This document shows, piece by piece, positions 25,757-38,182 of a DNA stretch of 64,000 bases. Source of the stretch: Camelus ferus (Eukaryota); assembly GCF_009834535.1 (NCBI RefSeq), contig NC_045697.1:97466001-97530000 (forward strand), written 5' to 3'. How positions within the stretch are numbered: the first letter of the stretch is position 1; every line of letters starts with the position of its first letter. The position numbers and the translations under genes were made by a program. The notes below the pieces were generated by a model. The model did no database searches, was not told where the DNA came from, and saw nothing but the letters and a program-made list of their open reading frames with translations.

Positions 25757-26340
25757 ATGGTAGGCAGGATTTTGGTCTCTAAGATCTCCATCCCCTGGTG
25801 TGAATGTTACCTTACATGACAAAAGGAACTTTGCATATGGAATTAAGATTGCTAATCAGCTGACTTTAAATTAAGATTATCATGGGCCCAATGTAGTACC
25901 ACCCAATGTAATCACACTTGCCTTTATAAGCAGAAGAGGCAGGAGAATAGAGACATGAGAAAGACCTACCCACCACTCATGTCTTTGAAGACAAAAAGGA
26001 CAAGAGTCAAGGAACATGTGGTGGCCTCTGGAAACAGGGAACAAGCCATACTGACAAGCAGTCCTACAACTGCATGAAACTAGACTTCACCAGTACCCTA
26101 CAGAAGCCAGCAAATGGATTCTCACCTAGAGCCTCCAGCAAGGGACAAAGAGCTGCTGACACCTAGATTTCAGCCTTATGAGACTAAGCAGAGGAATTAG
26201 CCCAGCTCACCTGACTTCTAAACAATGAGACATCCACACCCACTGAAACCCACCACCTACGGAAATATGTTATTATATAATAAATCTGTGTTGTTTTAAG
26301 CCACTAAATTTGTTATAGCAGCAATATGAAACTAATACAC
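25757..26340 (+). mobile_element. MaLR (MLT1-like) solo LTR
   Basis: tggtaggcag..gaatgttaccttacatgacaaaagg..ttttaagccactaaatttgttatagcagcaat..aactaataca. Confidence 0.85.
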
Positions 26341-26671
26341 TAGTAGACCATACTGCCTTCATTGATGGGTACCACTATCTCAAGACAACACCCTCCAAAA
26401 GCCAAAAAAGATAAAAAAAGGCTATTTATGAATGAGTTGGAAAGATACAAACTCACATTCTCCCCTACATGCTTCACTAAAATTGGATTAAGCCTGAAAA
26501 AATTACCTTAGTTCTCTTTAGATTCATCTTCTTTCTCTTAGTTGGATTTTAACACTGCCTTTTTGCCTTTATAAACTTTTTATTTTTTGGAAAAACCTGC
26601 CATATGAGCACTATTACTGTATTCACTTTTAAGATTTTGATAAATTGACCAAAGCAAGGCAGCTTTGGTCA

Positions 26672-27477
26672 CAGGCAGGGGTTGGCAGCTCCTGTGAAAA
26701 CCATGATGTATGTCAGCCACCTGGTGATGCCCTCCTCTCATGGTGATGAGCATGTTCTGAGGCATCTTCTGCTTCCTGGTGCCCTGGTTCATCCCCAAGG
26801 GTCCCAACCAGGTTATCATCATTACCATGTTGGTGACCTGTTCAGTTTGCTGCTATCTCTCTTGGCTGATTACAGTTCTGGCCCAACTCAACCCTCTCTT
26901 TGGACCACAGTTGAAAAGTGAAACAATCTTAGCATCACTGGCCTTGAGGAAGAAGGCCTGCTTTCCAATGCACAGTAATTGAGGTCATGAAGAAATCCCT
27001 CTCAATACAAAATTGTCTCCATGCCAAAATCACCTTCCTTGACTCACCTATTTTGTCTATCAGCTGCCTTAAATGTTCATACCACATTTGAATATCTTAT
27101 TCTACAAAAATGCAGTATTTTTTCCTGTCACCTTTTGTTACCCTCTGATGAGTTATGTGCCTATTAACCTAAACCGTGCTAACTCCACAAAACATTTATA
27201 TACTCTTCTGAAATCAAAAGTGCTATTCTTCCAAGAAATACTTTACTCTCTACTTGGAACCTGTGGATGTGAGAATGGCTCCTGGCTGCTCACAACAGGG
27301 GAATCAGCAAAGAGTTTAAGAACTGGTACAAGACTCCAGTGAGGCAGTCAACAGGAGAACATGTTCAGAGGGCAGATCTGTCCCAACAGACTTATACCAA
27401 ACTTTATTTCCAGGATGGATTTCTTATTTCTGCCATCTTTTAGAATAAATTATTCTTCTGCCTTCTATGGAAAAAAA
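26672..27477 (+). pseudogene. ATP6V0E1: Processed pseudogene of V-ATPase subunit e1
   Basis: Intronless [50 protein letters not shown] matches recalled ATP6V0E1. ATG at 26703, premature TGA at 26758-26760 (Trp codon), ~8-nt deletion before the original stop (26945-26947), recognisable 3' UTR, AATAAA at 27444 and an A-run at 27471-27477. Confidence 0.95.
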
Positions 27478-28184
27478 TTCTGGAAAATGTGTGCCTCTCT
27501 ACATTAAGTTTCCACTTGATCAGCCACTTGCATAACTACATGATGAGAGAGAAGTAATACTTTCCTCTTGAAAAGTTTGATAGCTAATTACACTGATTCT
27601 CTTTTTACTGCTAGAAATCTAAGAGCTAACTCAGTATTCAAACATAAATATAGAACGTTTAGGGTCATAAATAAGAAAAAAACATATGTATGATCAGCTT
27701 ATTTTTCCCTTTTGTTGACTTTCTAGTCATATTCAAACATCCATGTTCTGTTTTTGAATTGTTTTGCTTTTCTTCATTTAAGTTTATTGTCTGACATTAT
27801 TTTTGCAAGGCCTTTCAAGTTCTTTGGAGATTAAGGTAGGAATATGTACAGAATAAATATGATTTATTTCTGACAATTTATCCATGGATATTTTATTTTT
27901 GAGATTTCTGAGAATTTATCCACGTACACTTTTTGAATCAATGGCTAAGAAGAGCATCTAAGCTTTAGGGGTTTTGTTTCCCTGCTCCATTTTTTTTTTT
28001 TTTTTTTCTCTTTGAATCTGTGGATGAAGTGTGCCCAAAGTGCATTTCTCTGGCAGGTTCTGGTTAATGTAAGTACTGGTGTTTATGACATGAGAACTGT
28101 TTCAGGGGGAAGTAAAAACCTAACTAGTAAAGCAGCACTTAGAAAAAGGCTTATCTTTTAGTATTTTGTTATTACTTGCCGTTT

Positions 28185-28455
28185 TGTGTTAAATTGTGTT
28201 CCTCCCACTGACAAGCAAAAGAAAATAAATGTCCAAGTCCTAGCCCCCAGTATCTGTGAATGTGACCTTATTTGGAAACAGGACCTTTGCAGATTTAAGT
28301 TAAGGATCTTGAGATGACATCATCCTGGATTTAGGGTGGGTGCTAAGTTCAGTGGCTGGTGCCTTATAAGAAAAACCCCACAGTAAGACTGAAACAGGGA
28401 GGGCATGTGAAGGTGAAGGTAAAGATTAGAGTTACACTGCCATCAGCCAAGGAGG
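28185..28455 (+). mobile_element. MaLR (MLT1-like) LTR, 5' part
   Basis: aattgtgttcctccc..gaatgtgaccttatttggaaacagg..catcctggatttagggtggg. Confidence 0.8.
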
Positions 28456-29922
28456 GCTTCGGATCAGAGAAACTGCCAGGTATAATCTCCCTCATATCCG
28501 TTTCTCCATTGGTATCTAAGATGGAGGCGGAGGGGGAATAGCAACAGCAGCAGGGCAGGAAGACAAAGGAGGACTAAGAGACAGAGGAGGAAGAGGAAGA
28601 AGGAAAAGAAACAGGAATAGATATTAAAAAGAGAATGCAGAGGGGCTCACAGATATTTCACTTTAATCCATTGCTTAATTACTGAGCCAAGATTTTTGAC
28701 TTTTGTTCCTGAGTGCAGGTAAAAGGAATGATCTCCTTTCTGTTTCTAAAATTAAGAAGTTCTAGAGCACAGATGTTGAACTGATCGCATTTATACTTTG
28801 CCATCTCAATACTGTGTCACTAGAATGAACAGAAAAGACCACTCTCTTCAAATTAACAGGTGTGGAATTGCACTGTGATTCACCTGTCTTACTCCCTTTA
28901 AGAGACTGGATCATAAACTTGTCTATGGAGGAAAACTCTAGCATCAGGTTTGCTAGGGCTTACACCAGCCCAAGTGTCTAATTCTGCTCTTAGACTCCAT
29001 TTGAAGCATAATTATCCCATCTCCTCTGCTTTTCTCCTCAGAAGTATCTTAATTATTGAGATAACTCTAGGCCTACAGGGCTATGGTTAGACCCCAGGAA
29101 CCCTGAAAATCTTGGATTGAGTTAAAGCACATTTTTATATATTAAAAAGTAACAATTCATCCTGGGATTGACTCAGGGCAAGTTAATTCCTTTCACTGAA
29201 TATTTTATTCTAGGGAAAAATCCCCTTGAAGATTCCCCTGCTGTCGCTTTTTTTTGGGGGGGGGGAGGGTGGGAATTGGCTTGAGGAAAGAAATTTCCTA
29301 GGATGAGAAGTTTTTTGCACTAGGGAAAACACAAAAACAACTGTTTTAGAAGCTGAGTGATTTAACTTTGGTACACTGGGGTGTTATTAATACTAAATAT
29401 TAGTATGAGACTATTCTAATGTCCCCCTCTCCACTTTCAAACCTCCACATTTCCTCTCCATATACATAATTAATTTAGGTGTACCCCAAAGGCCTCTTTC
29501 CTACAATAAGTAGTCTGCAGAGAATAGTGTGTTTCCCAACGTGGAAAGGAAAATAGGGCTGTGAGTGCTGCACAGAGTAGATTCAAATACATACTTTCAG
29601 AGATAGATGAGAAAAAAAAAATCCCTGTGTAATTTCACTCAAGCATCAAGCTATCCTTGTTGCTTTGTAAGAAGGCTCCTGGGCTGCTAGCATTACCTCT
29701 GAGAATCTCACAGTGACACTTGGCTAGCTTAGTTTCTACCAGCATTCCAAACCAACCAGTCTTAAATAGACAGAGAAGTTACTGACCTGAACTCAGATTA
29801 TTATGACTGTGGTGAAACTAAATAAATGCTATCAACATACATCTCTTGTGTGGAAATGGAGGTGGGGAATGTTTCCTATGCTTCCTAAATTTCTACCTCA
29901 TACTGTTCTTTATGGTTCATTT

Positions 29923-29933
29923 CTCTCTTTTAA

Positions 29934-29984
<51 letters not shown>

Positions 29985-32900
29985 GTCTCTCTGTGTGTGT
30001 GTGTAAAAACAATCAAAGTATAGTCAGTTTACAATGTGTCAATTTCGGGTGTACAGTGTAATGTGTCAGTCATGCATGGGCATACATATATTCACTTTCA
30101 TATTCTTTTTCACCATAAGTTACTACAAGATATTGAATATAGTTCCCTGTGCTATACAGTATGAACTTGTTGTTTATCTACTTTGTATGTATTAGTATCT
30201 GCAAATCTCAAACTCCCAGTTTATCCTTTCTCACCTCCTCCCTTGCCCCAGTAACCATAAAATTGTATTCTATGTCTCTGGTCTGTTTCTATTTTGTAAA
30301 TAAGTTCGTTTATTTATTTATTTATTTTTTAGATTGCACATGTAAGTGACATAATATGGTATCTTGCTTTCTCTTTCTGGCTTACGTCACTTGAAATGAC
30401 AATCTCCAGGTCCATCCGTGTTGCTGCAAATGGCATTATTTTATTATTTTTTATGGCTGAGTAATATAGTATAAATATACCACATCTTCTTTATCCAGTC
30501 ATCTGTGGATGGACATTTAGGCTGTTTCCATGTCTTGGCTATTGTAAATAGTGCTGCTATGAACATTGGGGTGCAGGTGTCTTTTTGAAGTAGGGTTCCT
30601 TCTGGATATATGCCCAGGAGTGGGATTCCTGGGTCATGTGGTAAGTCTAGTTTTAGTCTTTTGAGGAATCTCCATACGGTTTTCCATAACAGCTGCCCCA
30701 AACTACATTGCCACCAACAGTGTAGGAGGGTTCCCTTTTCTCCACACCCTCTCCAGCATTTGTTTGTGGACTTTTAAATGATGGCCATTCTTACTGGTGT
30801 GAGGTGATACCTCGTTGTAGTTTTGATTTGCATTTCTCTGATGATTAGCACTATTGAGCATTTTTTCATGTGCCTATTGGCCATTTGTATGTCTTCATTG
30901 GAGAATTGCTTGTTTAGGTCTTCTGCCCATTTTTGGGTTGGATTGTTTGTTTTTTTCTAATTAAGTTGCATAAGCTGTTTATATATTCTGGAAATTAAGC
31001 CCTTATCAGTCTCATCTGTTGCAAATATTTTCTCCCATTCTGTAGGTTGTCTTTCTATTTGTTTATGGTTTCCTTTGCTGTGCAAAAGCTTGTAAGTTTA
31101 ATTAGATGCCATCTGTTTATGTCCACTTTTATTTCTATTGGCTGGGTAGACTGCCCTAGGAGAACGTTGCTGACATTTATGTCAGATAATGTTTTGCCTA
31201 TGCTTTCTTCTAAGAGGTTTATAGTGTCTTGTCTTATGTTTAAATCTTTAATCCATTTTGAGTTTATTTTCGTGTATGATGTGAGGGAGTAGCCTAAATT
31301 CATTGATTTACATTCAGCTGTTCAGTTTTACCAGCACCATTTTCTGAAGAGACTGTCTTTACTCCTTTGTATGTTCTTGCATCCTTTGTCAAAGATTAAT
31401 TGACCAAAAGTCTGTGGGTTTATTTCTGGGCTCTCTGTTCTGTTCCATTGATGCATATGTCTGTTTCTGTACCAATACCATGCTGTTTTGATTAGTGTAG
31501 CTCTGTAACAATTGTCTGAAGCCTGGGATGGTTATTCCTCCAGCTTCATTCTTCTTATTCAGTATTGCTCTGGCAATTCTGGGTCTTTTGTGATTCTGTA
31601 TAAATGTTAGGATTATTTGTTCTAGTTCAGTGAAAAATATCCTGGGTAATTTGATAGGGATCACATTAAGTCTGTAGATTGCTTTGGGTAGTATGACCAT
31701 TTTAACAATATTAATTATTCCAATCCAAGAACATGGGATGTCCTTCCATTTCTTTAAGTCATCTTTAATTTCCTTAGTCAGCATTTTCTATTTCTCCACA
31801 TATAAGTCTTTCACTTCCTTGGTCAGATTTATTCCTAAGTAGTTTATTATTTTGGGTACAATTTTAAAAGACATTGTTTCTTTACTTTCCTTTTCTGATA
31901 TTTTATTGTTAGTGTAAGGAAAGGCCACTGACTTCTGTATGTTAATCTTGTATCCTGCTACCTTGCTAAATTTTTTTATCGGCTCTAGAAGTTTTTGTGT
32001 TGAATCTTTAGGGTTTTCTATGTATAGTATCATGCCATCTGCATATAATGACAGTTTTACCTCTTCTCTTCCAATTTAGATCCCTTTTATTTCTTTTTCT
32101 GTTCTGATTGCTATGGCTAGGACTTCCAATACTATACTGATTAGAAGTGGTGAGAGTATGCATCTTTGTCTGGTTCCAGATTTTAGTGGGAAGGCTTTTA
32201 GCTTTTCACCATTGAGTATTATGCTGGCTGTAGGTTTGTCATAAATAGCTTTTATTATGTTGAGATATGTTCCCTCTATACCCAGTTTGGTAAGAGTTTT
32301 TATCATAAATTGGTGTTGAATTTTATCATATGCTTTTTCTGCATCTATTGAGATGATCATGTGGTTTTTGTCCTTTTCTTTTGTGGATGTGTTGGATCAC
32401 ATTGATTGATTTGCGTATGTTGAACTATCCTTGTGTCCCTGGGATGATTCCAACTTGATCATGGTGTATAATCTTTTTATGTGTTGTTGGATTCTGTTTG
32501 CTAATATTTTGTTGAGGATTTTTGCATATGTGTTCATCAATGATATTGGCCTGTAGTTTTCTTTTTTTGTAGTATCTGTCTGGCTTTGGTATCAGGGTGA
32601 TGGTGGCTTCATAGAATGAGTTTGAGAGTATTACCTCCTCTTCAGTCTTTTGGAAGAGTTTGGGTAGGATCAGTATGAGCTCTTCTTTGTTGTTTGATAG
32701 AGTTCCCCAGTGAAGCCATCTGGTCCTAGACTTTTGTTTGCAGGGATGTTTTTTATTGCTGATTCTATTTCACTTCTAGTGATTGGTCTGTTCAAATGAT
32801 CTGTTTCTTCTTGATTCATTTTTGGTGGACTGTATGTTTTTAGACACGTGCCCATTTCTTCTAAGTTGTCCGATTTATTGCCATATAGTTGTTCATAGTA

Positions 32901-35900
32901 TTCTCTTATGATTTTGTTTGTTTTTCTGTGGTGTTGGTTTTAATCTATCCATTTTCATTTCTTATTTTGTTTGTGTCCTCTCTCTTGTCTTGGGGAGTCT
33001 GGCCAGAGGTTTGTCAATTTTGTTTACTCTTTCAAAAAACCAGCTCTTGTTTGGATTTGATTTTTTTTTTATTGTTTTTTAATCTCAATTTTATTTATTT
33101 CTGATCTTTATTATTTCTTTCCTTTTGCTGACTTTAGATTTTGTTTCTTCTTTTTCTACTTCTTTTAGGTGGTAGGTTAGGTTGTTTATTTGAGATTGTT
33201 CTTTTTTGAGGAAGTCCCTGTTAGGACTGCTTTTTCTGCATCCCATAGATTTTGTGTGGTTGTGTTTTCATTATCGTTTGTCTCAAGGTATTTTTTTAAT
33301 TTCTTCTTTGATTTCATCATTGGTCCATTGATTTTTTTTTTTAGTAGCATGTTGTTTAGTCTCCATGCTGTTGTTTTTTTCTCATTTGTTTTCCTGTGGT
33401 TGATTTCTAGTTTCATGCCATTGTGGTCGCAGAAGATGCTTGGAATAATTTCTATCCTCTTAAATTTTTTGAGGCTTCTTTTGTGCCCGAGTATGTGGTC
33501 TATCCTAGAGAATGTTCCATGAGCACTTGAACATAATATGTATTCTCTTTTGGGGGGATGTAATGTCCTAAAAATATCAACCAAATCCAACTGTTCTATT
33601 GTATCATTTAGTATCTCCATTGCCTTATTGATTTTCTGTCTGGAAGACCTATCCAGTGATATCAGAGGGGTGTTAAAGTCTCCTACTATTATTATATTCC
33701 CATCAATTTCTCCCTTTCTGTCTGTTAGTATTTGTTTTATATAATTAGGTGCTCCTATATTGAGTGCATATATGTTAAATGAGTGTAATATCTTCATCTT
33801 GTATTGCTCTTTGATCATTATATAGTGTCCTTCTTTATCTCTCTTTATGGCCTTTGGTTTAGTCTGTTTTGTCTGGTATGAATATTGCTACTCCTGTTTT
33901 CTTGTCATTTCCATTTGCATGAAATATCTTTTTCCATCCTCTCACTTTCAATCTATGTGTATCCTTCACTCTAAAGTGAGTCTCATAGGCAGCATATTGT
34001 AGGCTTTTGTTTTATTATCCAATCTGCCACTCTGTCTTTTGATCAGATCATTTAGTCCATTGACATTTGTAGTAATTATTGATGGATGTGTGTTTATAGC
34101 CATTTTGAACTTTGTTTTCCAGTTGATTTGATATTTCTTCTTTGTTCATTTTTCCTTTTTGATCTTCTTTTTGTAGTTTGATAGTTTTCTTTTGTATTAG
34201 CTTGGTTTCTTTTTGGTTTTTGTGACTATTGTATGTTTGATTTGTTGTTACCCTGCTTTTTAAGTATGTTATCCCATTAGTATATCTGATTGCTTTAGAA
34301 TGATAGATAGGGTCAAACACATCCTGAAAAGAATGATGAAAAAAAATAAAGAAAAAAACCTGTATTTTCTTGCTCCTCTCTCTCACTTTTTATGATTTTG
34401 AGGTCTTTTTTTTTTTTTCATATCTACATGTTTATTCTCTTGTAACTCTTTGCAGTTATCACATTTCCATTTATGGTTTTCTCATTTCTGTGGCTTCCTA
34501 CTTCTTTTCTATTTAGAGTAGACCTGTCAGTATTTCTTTTAGGATAGGTTTAGTATTGCTGAATTCATTTAGTTTTTGATTGTCCATGAAATTCTTTATT
34601 TCTCCTTCTACTCTAAAGGATTGTCTTGCCAGATAGAGTATCGTAGGTTGCAGATTTTTCTTACTCAGGACTTTGAATATATCTTGCCAGTTCCTTCTTG
34701 CCAGCAGCATTTGTGTAGGGAAATCATCTGAGAGCCTTGTGGAGGTTCCCTTATAACTAACTCTTTTTATCTTGCTGCCTTTAGAATCATTTCTTTATGT
34801 TTAACTTTGGCCATCTTAATTATAATATGTCTTGGTGTAGGTCTGTTTGGGTTCTTCTTGTTTGGGACCCTCTGTGCTTTCTGTACTTTGATATCTGTTT
34901 CCTTCTTTAAGTTTGGAAAGTTTTCAATCGTGATTTCTTCAAATACCTTTTCAATCCCCTTTTCTCTTTCTTCTCCTTCTGAGACCCCTATTATGTGTGG
35001 GTTGGCACCCTCTGTATTATCCTATAGGTCCCTTATATTGCTTTCATTGGTTTTTACTTGCTTTTCTGTCTGCTGTTCTGAATGACTTTTATTATCCTGT
35101 CTTCTAAGTTACTTATTCATTCCTCTGCATCATCTACTGGCTCCTCTTTATAGCTTCTATTTCCTTTTCATAGTATTCTCTGTCTCTTTATTCATAGTCT
35201 CTCTTATTTCCTTCAGTGCTTTAATCATCACCTTTTGAAGTCATGATCTAGTAGACTCTTGAGGTCTATCTAATTGTTCATTCTTTCAGGGGACTTCTCT
35301 TGTTCTTTTAATTGGGGGTGGTTCCTCAACTTCTTCATTTTACTTGTATTTCTCTGGTTGTATGGATTAGAAGTATCAGTTATCTACTGTGGTCTTGAGG
35401 GGCTGTTTTATTTTTTGTTTGTTTTTATTTAAAGTGGGAACATTCCTGGGTAGACTTTGCATCTAATAGTTTTTTTTTGCAAGGGCTGTTCTTAGTATGG
35501 ATGGTTGCTACATCTTTATTCCATGTGTGTTGGCTGTTATACCTTTGATTGGGGGTGTGGTTGGTGTCATGGTGATCAGAGCCTACCCTTACTGTTGTTG
35601 AGCAGGGCCTCCTTTTTTCTTCTGTGGTTGTCACAGCCTTGACAGTGACCAGGACTTCTCCCTTGTTGCTGGAATAAAGGCTTCTAGACCTGTTTCTGAG
35701 CTGTAGTGTGTGGTAAGCAGGGTTGGAGTGCTTCAGTTGGGAAGAAGAGTCGGCAGGAGATGTCCACTGGGAAGTGCCCTCTTTGGTGGTGTCTGTCACT
35801 TGTTATGCAGGCTTACAAAGTACTCTTTGTTGATGCTGCCTTTTCCCCTACCTTAGTCGCAGGAATGTTAGTCACCAGCTCTGGGTCCCCCAGATTCTGG

Positions 35901-36873
35901 ACCCCAAGAACCACCAGTGCAGATCTGCCAATGTCAGGCACTAGGACCCACCATAGTGAGTGTGCAGTCACATACCTGAATCTGTGATGTGTCACAGGGT
36001 CAGTGCAGACCCCAGACCCACCTCCACATACAATACGGTATACTGGCCTATTATAAATATACGTACTCACCCCTGTCGTCCACCAGAACTCCACTCACTG
36101 TTTATTCATCCCCAAGGCACAAGTCCCATAAAAGGTCCAGAGAGAACAAATCCACCCAGTCTGCCTGGGGCTGTAAGCAAATCTCAGTCCCGCCTGTGAA
36201 GTCACAGGGCCGCCTCCTTGCAGCAGTGATGGCTATGACCAAGCCCCACCTCTTTTCTTGTCAGTGGAACCAAGCCGAGAATATGGCTATGGCTCAGCTG
36301 CGTTGCACCCCTCCCCACCATGCACACCAGCAGTGGTGCTTTTTTTATGGGAGTCCCAGGCTGTTCTCTTCTGCACACACCCCCAGCCAGAGCTCACACT
36401 GCCCTTCAGTCCCCTGAGGCTGCCTCTGCAGTTGGCCCCAGCCCTCTCCCCGCGCTTCTCACTGATCTCCAGCAGTCAGTCTCTGTTTGTCCCTGCCAGC
36501 TCATGTGTAGGGCTGAGGATCGCAGGGACTATCCATCCAAGTTTCCCTTAGTTCTGTCTGCCAAATGGCTACCACTTTGTCCTCCAAGCCTTGGAAGCTC
36601 CGCTTCTGTTCCCATTGACCTCTTGACTGAAGAATGCGCATCCTAGTGTAATGGTGCCTTTCTTCCTATATCACTCCCTCACTGATTTTTTTTCTTTTTT
36701 TTTCTTTTTTCTCTTACTGGATTTTGTGAAAATCCTCCTAAATTTCGAAGCGAGAGACACTCTGCCAGAGTTCAGTAGGTGTTCTGTGCAATTCATTGGG
36801 TTTGTAGATGTAATTCTTGTTGTATTTGTGGGAGAGGATGAGCTGTGAGTCTCTCTACTCCTACATCTTGGCC
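29923..36873 (-). mobile_element. Full-length (~6.95 kb) L1, disrupted ORF1/ORF2
   Basis: ORF2 RT and endonuclease peptides ([26 protein letters not shown]), ORF1 remnants and a GC-richer 5' UTR. 12-bp TSD tatggttcattt at 29911-29922 and 36874-36885. Confidence 0.97.
29937..30004. repeat. (CT)n(GT)n microsatellite in the L1 tail
   Basis: Visible dinucleotide runs between the TSD and the L1 3' end. Confidence 0.9.
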
Positions 36874-36949
36874 TATGGTTCATTTATAAACCGTTTTGTG
36901 AGAGAGAGAGAGAAATATCCTCCGTGAGTTTTATATGAAATCGTAAAGT

Positions 36950-37095
36950 ATATTTTTACTCCATTAGATAGTATTCAATATCTTACAATAACCTGCAATG
37001 GAAATAATCTGAAAAAATATTTGTAACTGAATCACTTTGGTGTACACCTGAAACTAACCCAATATTGCAAGTCAATTATACTTTAATAAAAAATA
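36950..37095 (+). mobile_element. Short L1 3' tail
   Basis: ..tgtaactgaatcactttggtgtacacctgaaactaac..aattatactttaataaaaaa. Confidence 0.8.
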
Positions 37096-37171
37096 TTTTA
37101 TAACAACACTACTTTTCCTGTACTACTATTGATATTTTACCTCACACAAATAACTATTTGATTTTTTTCAG

Positions 37172-37690
37172 TCATAACATGATGAAAGTTAATCAGGATG
37201 AAGTGATGAAGATTGACATTATAGAGATTGGACAATTTAATAATTCTAATACAGAGCTCTCTTACCAAACATAGTGGGTGTTTTTCAGAATGTAAGCATA
37301 AATACCCTCTGCTTTGCAATAAAATACAATGACAGCGAGAGTTGGAGGCTGTTCTGTCCTAATCAGTGTAAATGGGGCCTTGCCTTCATGTTCAGGAAAA
37401 GGGACAGTGTATAGGCAACTTGGTTCCCCCATGCAACTCAGACTTACAACTACAGCTATTCCAACAGTTTTCTTTCCCCTTAGGATATAAGTAGACTGAG
37501 TCTCTGTTTGAAATATGTTACAAATAGGAAATAGAAAACTTGATAAAATGAATACAGAAGAGAATAGTGATGGTGAAAAAAGGAAAAACAGTATCTTTCC
37601 TGAAGATCTTGGCCACCCTGTTAAGATGCTTATTGATCACATCGAGAGACTTGTAAGCATGAACAGATTTGAAAATAGTAATAACAAATG
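37172..37690 (+). pseudogene. Copy B: end of CH1 plus CH2, contiguous
   Basis: MKIDIIEIGQFNNSNTELSYQT*W is in register with VKLVNIRNDDIADGNPKLTLGLIW; MTAR and EAVLS*SV*M ~ MTAKEKLLLWSQRM; IFPEDLGHPVKMLIDHIERL ~ LDPEDVDVP..EKSIITYVSSL. Confidence 0.7.
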
Positions 37691-38182
37691 TGCTAGTCAC
37701 CTCATCTATCAATATGTGACGTCTGTATAATAAGCCGTTCATTGATATTTGGCAGTTATTTATGATTTTCAAGTGAAGCACTGTTGTTTATTTAGATTTT
37801 GATTTATAATTTGAATGAATCTTCCCAGAGGAATATTAAATATTATGCTTGACACATGAGTTGAAGTTGAGTCATCATCTATTACTGAAATATACCAAAA
37901 TGAAATATTAGGTGTTTTTCTGTCAACCTGAAATACTTCTGACAGTGAATTTTAAATAGATCATTAATGTTCACACTTCTGTTACATGATGAAAGATTCA
38001 GTTGATATTTGAAGGGCCTTTTCAGCTTTCAGAGTTGTGCTGAGTTTTATAGATCATAGAATCCCAGAGCTGGAGGAATCCTAGCTCCTGTTTGTGTTCA
38101 GAAAAGCTAAAAGTTCAAAGAGGTTAATTAAGTGTTAGTAATCTACAATGTGAAATTTATTTTAGGTAAGATTGCCTTTTAG

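Noticed and set aside
30444..36883. Numerous ORFs as host genes
   Set aside because: All lie within the L1 (ORF1/ORF2 fragments, antisense frames, 5' UTR).
37172..37652. Assignment to the envoplakin/periplakin N-terminus
   Set aside because: The CH-domain alignment is longer, in register and collinear with flanking blocks.
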